A stretch of 64,000 nucleotides of DNA from a bacterium (lineage in GTDB: Bacteria; Zhuqueibacterota; Zhuqueibacteria; Residuimicrobiales; Residuimicrobiaceae). Positions within the stretch are counted from its first letter, which is position 1; each line of letters opens with the position of its first letter. The DNA lies in the NCBI GenBank assembly GCA_035419245.1, contig DAOLSP010000006.1:66758-130757 (forward strand). The letters are read 5' to 3'. Below, piece after piece: positions 29,086 to 38,783 of this stretch. The position numbers and the translations under genes are program-made. The notes beneath the pieces are model-generated. The model was not told the DNA's origin, did not search any database, and saw only the letters and a list, made by a program, of their open reading frames with translations.

Positions 29086-31017
29086 ATGCGTCTTACCATG
29101 TCAAGCCTGCTTTGTTTCCTCGGCCTCGCGGGATCCACGCTGCTTCCGGCGCAAACGGCCGAGAACTGTTTTCTCGTGGATTTCGCCCCCAGGACGGCGT
29201 GGATCCCACCCTCTCAGGCGGCGGCTAAACCGCCCGCCAATCCGGACGTGATCGTGACCATCAGCACCATGGATACGCTTGGCAAGGTTTCCCCGTACAT
29301 CTTTGGCAATGCCCTGGCGGCCTGGGTAGGCAATGACGTGATGAACAAGGTGCTTATCGGCCATATCCAGGAGCTCTCCCCCACCCTCATCCGCTATCCC
29401 GGCGGCAGCTGGGGCGATATCTTTTTTTGGAATGGCGATCCAGGCGACCTGCCTGCCACCATCCCCGACGGCGCCAACAATGGCGCAGCGATCCCCCTCT
29501 CCCCTCAGTTCGGTGCGAACAGCTGGACCACGACTCTGGATAACTATTATTCCATGCGCGATCAGGTCAACGCAACCCAGGGATTGATCACCGTCAACTA
29601 TGGCTATGCCCGCTACGGCCTTGGTGATAAACCGGTGGAGCGCGCCGCCCATCTGGCTGCCGACTGGGTCCGCCATGATGAAGGTCGCACCAAATTCTGG
29701 GAGATCGGTAATGAGAACGCCGGGCCGTGGGAAGCCGGCTGGCAGATTGATACCACCCGCAACCGGGACGGCCAACCCAAAATCATCACCGGCGAGATCT
29801 ATGGACGCCACTTTAGAATTTTCGCTGATTCCATGCGGGCCGCGGCGGCCGAAATGGATGAAACCATTTACATCGGCGGTCAGATCCTCCACTATGACGG
29901 CACGACCAGCTGGAATGTCGCGGACCGAACCTGGAATGAAGGGTTTTTCCGGGAAGTCGGTGGGAGTGCGGATTTTTATGTGATGCACAATTATTTCGGC
30001 AGCACCGGGGTCAGCAAGGCCAGGAGCCAGATCGATCTGGCGCGCAGCGAGATCAACAAAAACATAACCTTCATCCGCCAGGATATCGCCCGGAAACAGG
30101 CCTTCAGCAGACCGGTCGCCCTGACGGAGTGGAATATGGTCGATCATCCCCAGGCCGTGACCTCCATCGCGAACGGCATGCAGGCCGTCGTGCTCAGCTG
30201 CGAGATGATCCAGAACCAGTTCGGCCTGTCGGCCCGCTGGCTGCTGGTTCATTGGGAATCCGGCGGGATGTTCTACAAGGGCGCCAACCCGGCCATTCCA
30301 GCCTGGAGCCCGCGTCCCGACTTTTACTATCTCTACTACCTGCAGCGTTTCACCGGCAACCACAGCATCAAATCAGCTGTGGCCGGCAGCAGCGATGTGC
30401 TCTCGTACGCCACTACCTTCGCCTCCGGCGAGCTGGGCGTGGTGACCGTCAACAAGGGCGCCACCGAACAGATCATCCAGCTCTCGCCGCAAGATTTCTC
30501 CCCAGGCGGCCAATACTACCTCTACTCGCTCGTCGGAGAGACCAGCGAGCAATGGGCGCAAAAGGTCGTGGTGAACGACGCCGGCCCATCGGGAGCAGCC
30601 TGGGGACCGGTTGAGGGGCTGGAAAAGATACTCGCCCGGGCTTACGACACCAACGGCGGGATCCGCTACACCTCACCGCCGTTGTCGGTGCAGTATGTGC
30701 TCATTAGCCGCGCCGTGAACCGCGTCGAATCCGCACCCCCCCTAACGCCGGACCATTTCGAACTCGGCCCCAATTATCCGAATCCCTTCAACGCCCGGAC
30801 CATGATCTCTTATCGTCTACCCCATGAGATAGAGGTGAGGCTGCGGATCCTGGACCTGAGCGGGCGAGAGGTCGCTCAATTGCTCGCTGGCACCCGGCAG
30901 CAAGCTGGTGTGTACCGCATCGCGTTTGATGCCAGCTGTCTCAGCAGCGGCCTCTATCTCTGTAGACTGGAGGCAGGCCCCCTCGCTGCAACCCGGAAAA
31001 TGCTCCTGATCAAGTGA
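29086..31017 (+). CDS. T9SS-secreted clan GH-A glycoside hydrolase (GH51/GH39-like, possible alpha-L-arabinofuranosidase) with type-A CTD
   Basis: AGGGAG RBS. Signal peptide. RYPGGSWGDIFFWNGD N-terminal block. Acid/base WEIGNENAGPWE and nucleophile LTEWNM motifs of clan GH-A. C-terminal LGPNYPNPFNARTMISY…GLYLCRL…KMLLIK CTD. Confidence 0.8.
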   Translation: MRLTMSSLLCFLGLAGSTLLPAQTAENCFLVDFAPRTAWIPPSQAAAKPPANPDVIVTISTMDTLGKVSPYIFGNALAAWVGNDVMNKVLIGHIQELSPTLIRYPGGSWGDIFFWNGDPGDLPATIPDGANNGAAIPLSPQFGANSWTTTLDNYYSMRDQVNATQGLITVNYGYARYGLGDKPVERAAHLAADWVRHDEGRTKFWEIGNENAGPWEAGWQIDTTRNRDGQPKIITGEIYGRHFRIFADSMRAAAAEMDETIYIGGQILHYDGTTSWNVADRTWNEGFFREVGGSADFYVMHNYFGSTGVSKARSQIDLARSEINKNITFIRQDIARKQAFSRPVALTEWNMVDHPQAVTSIANGMQAVVLSCEMIQNQFGLSARWLLVHWESGGMFYKGANPAIPAWSPRPDFYYLYYLQRFTGNHSIKSAVAGSSDVLSYATTFASGELGVVTVNKGATEQIIQLSPQDFSPGGQYYLYSLVGETSEQWAQKVVVNDAGPSGAAWGPVEGLEKILARAYDTNGGIRYTSPPLSVQYVLISRAVNRVESAPPLTPDHFELGPNYPNPFNARTMISYRLPHEIEVRLRILDLSGREVAQLLAGTRQQAGVYRIAFDASCLSSGLYLCRLEAGPLAATRKMLLIK

Positions 31018-31026
31018 TCCCACTAC

Positions 31027-33462
31027 CTATTCGCTGATGATCTGCAGCACCGCCTCCTGCAAGCCTTCCGAACGGGCGGTTAAAACGATCACGCCCGGCT
31101 CGTCGCGCGTCTGGATCACGCACAGGCATTTACCGTTGAACGCCATGCGATGGTCCGCCTTGAAGGGCTCCATGCTGGTCTGGAGGCCGTTATCGACACC
31201 GGCGATCACAGCCGGCCCCTGCAGGGAAAACTGCACCAGGTTGTCCGCCCGCGGCGCCAGGACCCCGGCGCTATCCACGACCTCGACCGTCACGAACGAA
31301 AGATCACGGCCGTCCGCCTTGATGCGATCGCGGTCGGCGGTCAGGACTATTTTTGCCGGAGCCCCGGCAGTCTGCATACGCTGCTCGAGCACTGCGCTGC
31401 CCTCCTTATAGGCCACCGCCTTGAGAAAGCCTGGTTCGAAGGGCACCCGCCAGACCAGCTGGAAGGTATCGCGGGTCTTCTCCTTTTTGCCCAGGGAACG
31501 ACCGTTGAGGAACAGCTCCACCGCACCCTGGTTGGTGTAGGCCCAAACATCGATCACCTGGCCGGATTGCCAGTTCCAATGCGGGAAGAGATGCAGCATA
31601 GGCCGGCTGGTCCATTCGGCCTGATAAAAATAGTAGCCATCCTTGGGGAAACCGGCCAGATCGATCAGGCCGAAGTAGGAGCTGCGCGCCGGCCAGGGAT
31701 AGGGCGTCGGCTCGCCGAGATAATCGAAACCGGTCCAGATAAACATGCCGGAGACATAGGGATACTCGCGCACGATCCGCCAGTTATCAGCATGGGTGGC
31801 CCCCCAGGGGACGCGGCAGTTGTCGTAAGCCGAGCAGGTGAGATCGGGATTCATCGGCCCCCGTTTGTTCCAGGCAATCGGCCAGATCCGCACGGAATCG
31901 GAGGGCATGTCATACGCGCCACGGGTGGCGATGGCGGAGTTGGTTTCGCTGGCGACTAGTTTCAGTCCCGGATAATCCTGGGGGAAGGTTCGCAGATCTT
32001 GCTCGTGATAGTTGCGGCCGACGACATCCAGAGCGCCCGAGCGGATGATGCGATTCTGCGGCGAGGGGTCGTTGCAGGCCGAGGTGATCGGTCGGGTAGG
32101 ATCGAGATCGCGGACGATTGCAGCCAGCTCTTTGGCCATCTCGATGCCGCTGTCATCCCACTGTTCGGGAATCTCGTTGCCTATGCTCCAGAGCACCACG
32201 CAAGGATGGTTGCGGTCACGCCGTATCAGATCCTCGAGATCACGGCGGTGCCATGCATCCCAATCGAGGTGATAATCGTAGGGATTCTTGGGCAGCTTCC
32301 ACATATCGTAGGCCTCGTCCATAACCAGTAAGCCCATGCGGTCGCAAAGGTCGAGCAATTCCGGCGCCGGTGGATTGTGGGAGGTACGGATGGCATTGCA
32401 GCCCATCGCCTTGAGCAGCTCGAGCTGACGCTCGAGGGCGCGCTCGTTGATCGCCGCCCCGAGGCAGCCGAGATCGTGATGGTTGCAGACCCCCAGCAGC
32501 TTCATCGCCACCCCGTTGAGGGCGAAGCCTTTCTCCAGGTCGAAAGCGATGGTGCGGATGCCAAAGGGGGTCTCGTACCGGTCCTCCTCCCGGTTTTCAG
32601 CCAGCACCCGGGTCACCGCACGATAGAGCACCGGCTTTTCGACCGACCACAAGGCCGGCTGCGTCACGGTGACGTTCCCTGATATTGGTTCAACGGCTCC
32701 CGGGGGCACACTTATCGCATTGCGCAGAGCAGCCACCCGGCGGCCAGCGGGATCGAAAACCTCGGTCATGACCGTCACCTGCTGCGAAGTCTCGCGGTCA
32801 TTGCGAACCCGGATCTGCAGGGAAATCACCGCCTGCTGCGCCGAGACTTCCGGCGTAGTGATGCAGGTGCCCCAGTGATCAACATAGACCCGGCCGGTGA
32901 GGGTCAGCCAGACATTGCGGTAGATCCCCGAGCCGGAATACCAGCGCGAATTGGGCTGCTTCGAGTTGTCGACACGCACCGCGAGGACATTCGCGGCACC
33001 ACCGAATTTCAGCCACGGTGTGAGTTCATACCGGAAGGAACTGTACCCGTAGGGCCGCTTGCCAAGGTAATGGCCGTTAATCCATACCTCACTGTTGCGG
33101 TACACGCCGTCGAAATCAATGAAAGCGCTACGGCCCATGTCCGCCTGCAGCAGCGTGAAGGTTTTGCGGTACCATCCGATGCCGCCGGGCAGGGCGCCGC
33201 CGTCGGTCGTAGCGGGGTTATCCTTGCTGAACGCCCCCTCGATGCTCCAGTCGTGGGGCAGGTTCAGGGTTCGCCAGTCACTGTCGGCGAAACCGGGTTC
33301 CTGGGCGCCAGGGAGATCCCCCAGCTTGAACTTCCAGTCTCGGGTGAAGCGCTCGATCCTCCGCGGGGACGGTCCAGGGGCGGAACACTGCATGCAGATC
33401 GTCGCCAAGGCCATAAGGGAAACCGCCATCCTAAGGGCCACCAGACTCTGATTACAGGTCAT
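31027..33462 (-). CDS. GH2 beta-galactosidase-like glycoside hydrolase, secreted
   Basis: GH2 sugar-binding, Ig-like and TIM-barrel order (NLPHDWSIEG…, WSIGNE acid). ~800 aa. Hydrophobic N-terminus. Start ambiguous: GTG at 33468, ATG at 33462 (chosen, GGAG upstream) or ATG at 33429. Confidence 0.8.
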   Translation of the reverse strand: MTCNQSLVALRMAVSLMALATICMQCSAPGPSPRRIERFTRDWKFKLGDLPGAQEPGFADSDWRTLNLPHDWSIEGAFSKDNPATTDGGALPGGIGWYRKTFTLLQADMGRSAFIDFDGVYRNSEVWINGHYLGKRPYGYSSFRYELTPWLKFGGAANVLAVRVDNSKQPNSRWYSGSGIYRNVWLTLTGRVYVDHWGTCITTPEVSAQQAVISLQIRVRNDRETSQQVTVMTEVFDPAGRRVAALRNAISVPPGAVEPISGNVTVTQPALWSVEKPVLYRAVTRVLAENREEDRYETPFGIRTIAFDLEKGFALNGVAMKLLGVCNHHDLGCLGAAINERALERQLELLKAMGCNAIRTSHNPPAPELLDLCDRMGLLVMDEAYDMWKLPKNPYDYHLDWDAWHRRDLEDLIRRDRNHPCVVLWSIGNEIPEQWDDSGIEMAKELAAIVRDLDPTRPITSACNDPSPQNRIIRSGALDVVGRNYHEQDLRTFPQDYPGLKLVASETNSAIATRGAYDMPSDSVRIWPIAWNKRGPMNPDLTCSAYDNCRVPWGATHADNWRIVREYPYVSGMFIWTGFDYLGEPTPYPWPARSSYFGLIDLAGFPKDGYYFYQAEWTSRPMLHLFPHWNWQSGQVIDVWAYTNQGAVELFLNGRSLGKKEKTRDTFQLVWRVPFEPGFLKAVAYKEGSAVLEQRMQTAGAPAKIVLTADRDRIKADGRDLSFVTVEVVDSAGVLAPRADNLVQFSLQGPAVIAGVDNGLQTSMEPFKADHRMAFNGKCLCVIQTRDEPGVIVLTARSEGLQEAVLQIISE

Positions 33463-33545
33463 AGACACTCCTGATAAAATTAAAATACCTTGAAGGACGA
33501 GTGTCCAGCAGCCACGCCCTCCCTTCCCGCGTGGCTGCGCTCTTC

Positions 33546-36392
33546 CTATTGCATCCGTACAGTGACAGGGGCACCGGTATAGGGCACTCGGGCCGCGGGC
33601 GCAGCGGTAAAATCGAGTCCGGACGGTTTCTGCCGACTCACCCAGACCACTTCAAAGGTGCGCTCCCGGAGCATGCCGGGGAATTCTCCCTGGCGCGCGC
33701 CCAGCGTCAGCTTGCGCTCCTTTTCCGACCAGGTGACCGGGATAGTCGCGTACTGCCCTTTCTCGTAATTGTAATTGACCCCTTCATCCTCGTAAAGAGT
33801 GAAGGCGCCGTCGCGGCCGGTATAGACGTAGAGGCGGATGGGATCGGGAGGCTTTTCCATAACGTATTGCACAGGCGGCCCGAAGGGGATGATCGACCCC
33901 TCGCGGACATAGAGCGGGATATCGCCCAGCGGCGCTTCGGCGACGATTTCCCGCCCGCCGGCCGCAAATTCGCCGGTCTGGAGGCGATACCATCCGGTGC
34001 CGGCAGGCAGATAGAGGGCACGGGCGCGGGCCTTGTAGGTCGTGACCGGGTTGACCAGAATCGCCGGACCGAACAGGTACTGGTCGCCGATCGATCGCAC
34101 CTTCTGGTCCTTCGGGAAATCCATAACCAGAGCGCGCATGAAGGTATAGTCCTTGAAGGTCACCTCCGCAGCCATAGAGTAGATATAGGGCAGCAGGCGA
34201 TAGCGCAGCTCGTCATAAGCCAGCATAGCCTGGTAAGCGGGATGCCCGGTGGGGGCGATGTTCCATATCTCCCGGTAGGGAAATTCGCCATGCACCCGTA
34301 GCAGAGGCACAAAGGTCCCGAACTGGAACCAGCGGGCATTGAGCTCGCGCCACTCCTCGAGATCTTCGGGTTTGACGTTGCGTTCGAAACGCGGTTCGAC
34401 CGAGAAGCCGCCGATATCCATGGTCCACCAGGGTACACCGGAGAGATTGAAATTGAGCCCGGCGGAGATCTGCGCCTTGAGGTCATACCAGCGCGTGACG
34501 ATATCGCCGCTCCAGGTGGCGGCGGCATAACGCTGCTGCCCGGCGAAGACCGAACGGGTAAGGATGAAAACCCGCTGGTTGGGCCGGGTCTTGCGCTGAT
34601 TTTCGTAGATGCCGCCCGAATGGACCAGGGTGTAGCTGTTGAGATAGCGCGAGGAAGAACCCAGGCCGGTCGGGCCGATGCGCCGCCGCGTCTCCTCGAG
34701 AGAGAGGTTACTATGGATGTCTGGTTCCGTAGCATCAAGCCACCAGGCATCGAAGCCCTTGCTGAAGAGATGTTCGTTGATCTGGTCCCAGAAGAGCTTG
34801 CGGGCCTCGTCGCGGTAGGGATCGTAGAACGAGCAGGTGTAGCCCGGGCCCACCCAGTCGCGCTCTTTGACCAGAACATTGCGCATATAGAGCCAGCCGG
34901 GATGGGCGGCGAACTCGTTGTAATGTTCGGTGCCGACGTAGAACTTGGGCCAGACCGAAATCATGATCTGTGCATGCAGGTCGTTGTGGAGCTCGTCCAC
35001 CATCCCCTTGGGATCGGGGAAGCGGCTCGGGTCGAACTCATGGCTGCCCCATTGATCCTCTTTCCAGTAGAACCAGTCGAGGACGATATTGTCGAAGGGA
35101 ATCTTGCGGGCGCGAAACTCCTTGACCACGGAAAGGAGTTCCTCCTGCGAGGTGTAGCGTTGGCGGCTCTGCCAGAGGCCCAGTGCCCATTTGGGCATCA
35201 TCGGGGCCTTGCCGGTGAGGGTGCGGTAGCCATGGATGACCTCATCGAAGCTGCCGCCATGGACGAAGTAATAGTCAATCTGATCGCCAATCTGCGACCA
35301 GAGCGAAAGCGTATTGGGCGGGGTATCCCGGTCCAACGGCAGAAATTTGAGGCCGATGTAACCGCCCATCGGAATCCATTCGATTCGGAGGTCATAGCGC
35401 TTGCCCGCGGACATCTGCAGACGTGGCAGAGTCGTCCATGGCAGCCAGTTCTGCCGGTAGCCATCGGCGACCAGATCTCCATTCAGCCACATTTTATAAA
35501 AGCCGGAGGCATAAAGGCGGAATTTGAACTCACCACTCTCCGCGGCTTCGATCTGGCCGGAATAACGAACGCTGGCGACATTTTCCCGAAATCCATCAGG
35601 ATAGGGATCATTGACATCGATGAACTCATGCTCGATACGCGGCTCGGTGCGCGCCGTAAAGAGATCCTGAAAACCCGCCGTCCGGAAATATTCAGCGGTG
35701 AGGCCTCCCAAGGTGCCGTTCTTGTCGTAGAGTTTGAGACCGGAGAGCGATTGAAAATCGCGGCAGTCGCCGAAGCGAGTCTGGGAGGTATTGTCCCAGA
35801 GGATGCCGTAATTCCGGCTCGATACCAGGAAGGGATTGACATCGAGGATGTTAAGCTGGAAGAGATCGACATCCTGCCCCTTGTAATTCATCATGTCGTT
35901 TTGTTGCTCGCCGAGGCCGTAAAAGGCCTCATCAGCCGGGGAGTGAAAGAGCTGCTGGATGTGGTCGGCCTGCTCTTCCATAACCACCGCCGGGGTGAAG
36001 CGGCGGCCGTTGGTGCGCTCGGCGAGAAGAAGCGAGCCCTTGCGGTCATAGAACGAGACCGCGCCAGTGGTCTTGTGGACCCGAACCCGCAGCTTGGCGG
36101 TGGTCAACTCCACATAGACCCCTTTGTCTCTGATGTTCCAGCTCGGAGTCCCGGCATCGAAAGCGATGCGCATCAGACTGGGACGGGCTGAAAAGGTATC
36201 GGCGGGAGAGGCCACGACGCGGATGAGCTGATCACCGCAAACCTCGATTTTGAGGCGGGCCGTACCCGATGCCAGCCTTTTGTCCAGGGTGAAAAGGAGG
36301 CCATCCGGGAGTTTCTCAAAACTGAACGCTGCCGCGGCGAGGGCGGAGATCATCCCAGCTGCCAGCGAGAGGCGGGAGCACACACGATTCAT
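33546..36392 (-). CDS. GH31 alpha-glycosidase with inserted PA14 domain (alpha-xylosidase-like)
   Basis: GH31 catalytic region (…GFDAWWLDATEP…, …WSGDI…). PA14-like insertion (YFRTAGFQDLF…YSGQIEAAESGEFKFRLYASGFYKMWLNGD). This architecture is known from xyloglucan-active alpha-xylosidases. Signal peptide present. Confidence 0.8.
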   Translation of the reverse strand: MNRVCSRLSLAAGMISALAAAAFSFEKLPDGLLFTLDKRLASGTARLKIEVCGDQLIRVVASPADTFSARPSLMRIAFDAGTPSWNIRDKGVYVELTTAKLRVRVHKTTGAVSFYDRKGSLLLAERTNGRRFTPAVVMEEQADHIQQLFHSPADEAFYGLGEQQNDMMNYKGQDVDLFQLNILDVNPFLVSSRNYGILWDNTSQTRFGDCRDFQSLSGLKLYDKNGTLGGLTAEYFRTAGFQDLFTARTEPRIEHEFIDVNDPYPDGFRENVASVRYSGQIEAAESGEFKFRLYASGFYKMWLNGDLVADGYRQNWLPWTTLPRLQMSAGKRYDLRIEWIPMGGYIGLKFLPLDRDTPPNTLSLWSQIGDQIDYYFVHGGSFDEVIHGYRTLTGKAPMMPKWALGLWQSRQRYTSQEELLSVVKEFRARKIPFDNIVLDWFYWKEDQWGSHEFDPSRFPDPKGMVDELHNDLHAQIMISVWPKFYVGTEHYNEFAAHPGWLYMRNVLVKERDWVGPGYTCSFYDPYRDEARKLFWDQINEHLFSKGFDAWWLDATEPDIHSNLSLEETRRRIGPTGLGSSSRYLNSYTLVHSGGIYENQRKTRPNQRVFILTRSVFAGQQRYAAATWSGDIVTRWYDLKAQISAGLNFNLSGVPWWTMDIGGFSVEPRFERNVKPEDLEEWRELNARWFQFGTFVPLLRVHGEFPYREIWNIAPTGHPAYQAMLAYDELRYRLLPYIYSMAAEVTFKDYTFMRALVMDFPKDQKVRSIGDQYLFGPAILVNPVTTYKARARALYLPAGTGWYRLQTGEFAAGGREIVAEAPLGDIPLYVREGSIIPFGPPVQYVMEKPPDPIRLYVYTGRDGAFTLYEDEGVNYNYEKGQYATIPVTWSEKERKLTLGARQGEFPGMLRERTFEVVWVSRQKPSGLDFTAAPAARVPYTGAPVTVRMQ

Positions 36393-36505
36393 GGTTTGAT
36401 CCTTTCATCGGAAGAGGCGGAATGTCACCAGACACCAGGAGGCGTTCCGGCCGTTTCATCCCAAGCAAAGATACGAAAAAACATCCTCAATTTCAGCAAA
36501 AAAAC

Positions 36506-36550
36506 TTGTATTTGTAATAAAAGTATCGTATATTGATTAGTGAATCAATA
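36506..36550 (+). promoter_or_regulatory. Sigma70-like promoter overlapped by a perfect palindromic operator upstream of the TetR gene
   Basis: TTGTAT (36506-36511), 17-nt spacer, TATATT (36529-36534). Palindrome TATTGATTagtgAATCAATA (36531-36550; 8 bp + 4 + 8 bp) spans the -10 and the predicted start site. Lies in an AT-rich 181-bp divergent intergenic region. Confidence 0.6.
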
Positions 36551-36573
36551 TTCATTTTTAAAAATCGAGTACC

Positions 36574-37185
36574 ATGCGCACCAAGGAAGGCAACAAGGAA
36601 CAGGATATACTCCAGGCGGCCGTTCAGCTTTTCTCCGAGAACGGCTATCACAAGACCCGGATGTTCACCATTGCCGAGCGGGCAGGCGTAGCAACCGGCA
36701 GCGTCTATCTCTATTTCGCCAGCAAGGAGGAGATCCTTAACCGTATCTTTCATGATCTCTGGAAGCGCCTGGCGGCAGAGATCGAAATTCTGACGCTGCG
36801 GCTCGACCTGGAGCCTGTGCAAAAACTGGACCGGCTCATCGACCATGTCTTCGAACTCTTCCTTAACAAGCCCGCCCTGGCCCTGGTCTTCGTCAACGAG
36901 CAGAACCATCTGCTGCTAAATCAAGACAATGCCTTTCTCCCCTATTATGATCGCTTTCTGGAGCTCGCCCAGGAGATCCTGATCGAAGGGACTGAGCGGG
37001 GGGTTTTCCGTAAGAACATCGATCTCAGGATCATCCGGCTCTTCTTCTTCGGGGGTATCCGCTACCTTATCCACCAATGGGCCCAAAATCCCGAACAGAT
37101 CTCGCTGCAAAGCATCTGCCAGCAGGTGAAAAGCATCGTACGTGAGGGCATCCTGATCACTCCGCCTTCGCATGGCTTGACGTAA
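36574..37185 (+). CDS. TetR/AcrR-family transcriptional regulator
   Basis: N-terminal HTH (ILQAAVQLFSENGYHKTRMFTIAERAGVATGSVYLYFASKEEIL). 203 aa. Confidence 0.9.
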   Translation: MRTKEGNKEQDILQAAVQLFSENGYHKTRMFTIAERAGVATGSVYLYFASKEEILNRIFHDLWKRLAAEIEILTLRLDLEPVQKLDRLIDHVFELFLNKPALALVFVNEQNHLLLNQDNAFLPYYDRFLELAQEILIEGTERGVFRKNIDLRIIRLFFFGGIRYLIHQWAQNPEQISLQSICQQVKSIVREGILITPPSHGLT

Positions 37186-37267
37186 TGACGGAAGCGTTTC
37201 CAGAACCCCGCGGCCATGCCCTTTGATCAATAATGAACAGATATTCATTAATAATTTGGAGACTGCC

Positions 37268-38743
37268 ATGTCCCGTTCAACACCGAAAATCCGCCTGCTA
37301 CTGGTTGCCCTGTTGCTTCCGGCGCTGGCCCTGGCGCAGTCGATGACCCTTGCGGAAGCGGTCGATACCGCGCTGCGGGGCAACGAAAAGATCCGCCAGT
37401 ATGAAGAGCGCCTCAAACAGAAAAAACAGGCGAACAAGGCCGCCTGGGGCAACTTTTTGCCCACGGCCAAGGTCGAGGCCAGTTACCGGCACCTCGATGC
37501 GCCTTTGGCAATCGACCTCGATCCCATTCGGGAGGCGATCATCACGATTCAAGCCGGGAATCAGACCGAGATGACCAACATCTATTCGCTGCTGCAGGGC
37601 AAAGCGCCCTTGAGCGCGGCGCAGCGCCAGGCCTTGAATGGACAGTATTATGGCGCTCTGGACGGCTTGCTGCCGCCCTTTTCGGAAACCCTGAAGAAGC
37701 AGGATTATCCGAGTGCCGCGCTGGTCGGGGTGCAGCCGCTCTTTGTCGGCGGCAAGCTGATCGCCGCCAAGAAATATGCTGCGGCCGAGGAGGAAGCCGC
37801 GGCGGCCGAGCTGATCCAAGTCCGCAACCAGGTTTTCAAGCAGGCGGCCAACGACTATTTTGCTGTCGCCCTGCTCCAGCAGGTAGTCGCCACGCGCGCC
37901 GACGTGCTCGAGGGCATGAAACGCCACCGCCTGGATGCCCAGCGTCTCTTTGAGGAAGGCCTCATCCCCCGCTATCACCTGTTGCGGGCAGAGGTAGCGG
38001 TGGCCGATGCGGAACGCAACCTCCTCGATGACCAGAACAAGCTCGACCTGGCACGCATCGCCCTCGCCCATACCCTGGGTCTGGAGTCCGCATCTGTTTT
38101 ATTGGCTGCGGATACCCTTGCTTACACTGCCGCCGGTGACTCGCTCGACGCGCTCATCTATTCAGCGCAGGAGAACCAGCCCCTGTTGCATCTGGTAGCG
38201 ATGAAACAGCGCGCAGCCCGGCAAAACTATGCGGTCGCCCGCTCCGAACTGCTTCCGGAGGTGGCCGGTTTCGGCAAGTATGAGCTCTATCCGGAGTATC
38301 TATCGGCACTGGAACCGCGCTGGGTTGTCGGGATCCAAGCCAACTGGACCCTTTTTAACGGCCTGAAAAGGATGCATGCGCTCCAGCAATCGGTTCATCT
38401 TGAGCGCGAGGTCGAGCATATTCAGAAGGATGCCCGGCAGCAGGTGGATCTGTGGGTGCAAAAGGCATGGCGGGATGCAGCCAATGCCCGCTCTCGTTAT
38501 GAAAAGCTCGCCACCACCCTGGCTCTGGCGGACGAGAATCTACGTCTCAATGACAAACGCTTCCAATCGGGTTTAGGCACCTCTCTGGAGGTGGTGGACG
38601 CCCGCCTCTCGCAGGAGCGCATCCGCATGGAACGACTGAGCTCATTGCAGGCCTATTACTCCGCCCTGGCCGACATCTATATCGCCGCCGGCAAACCCGA
38701 AGCCCTACTGAAAGTCTGGAACCGGAACAAGCAGGTCGATTAA
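37268..38743 (+). CDS. TolC-like outer-membrane efflux protein
   Basis: Signal peptide MSRSTPKIRLLLVALLLPALALAQS. Two OEP-like repeats with coiled-coil regions. 491 aa. GGAG RBS. Confidence 0.8.
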   Translation: MSRSTPKIRLLLVALLLPALALAQSMTLAEAVDTALRGNEKIRQYEERLKQKKQANKAAWGNFLPTAKVEASYRHLDAPLAIDLDPIREAIITIQAGNQTEMTNIYSLLQGKAPLSAAQRQALNGQYYGALDGLLPPFSETLKKQDYPSAALVGVQPLFVGGKLIAAKKYAAAEEEAAAAELIQVRNQVFKQAANDYFAVALLQQVVATRADVLEGMKRHRLDAQRLFEEGLIPRYHLLRAEVAVADAERNLLDDQNKLDLARIALAHTLGLESASVLLAADTLAYTAAGDSLDALIYSAQENQPLLHLVAMKQRAARQNYAVARSELLPEVAGFGKYELYPEYLSALEPRWVVGIQANWTLFNGLKRMHALQQSVHLEREVEHIQKDARQQVDLWVQKAWRDAANARSRYEKLATTLALADENLRLNDKRFQSGLGTSLEVVDARLSQERIRMERLSSLQAYYSALADIYIAAGKPEALLKVWNRNKQVD

Positions 38744-38783
38744 AACACCATCAAGCGCCGGTGCGCCGGCTGGAGGAAATTGT

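Noticed and set aside
33469-33545. Hairpin CCACGCcctcccttcccGCGTGG between GH2 and GH31
   Set aside because: It is not followed by a T-tract on the transcribed (minus) strand and has a long loop. It is more likely part of the GH2 promoter or leader than a terminator.
34620-36191. 523-aa plus-strand ORF antisense to the GH31 gene
   Set aside because: Antisense artefact; the GH31 frame has convincing catalytic and PA14 motifs.
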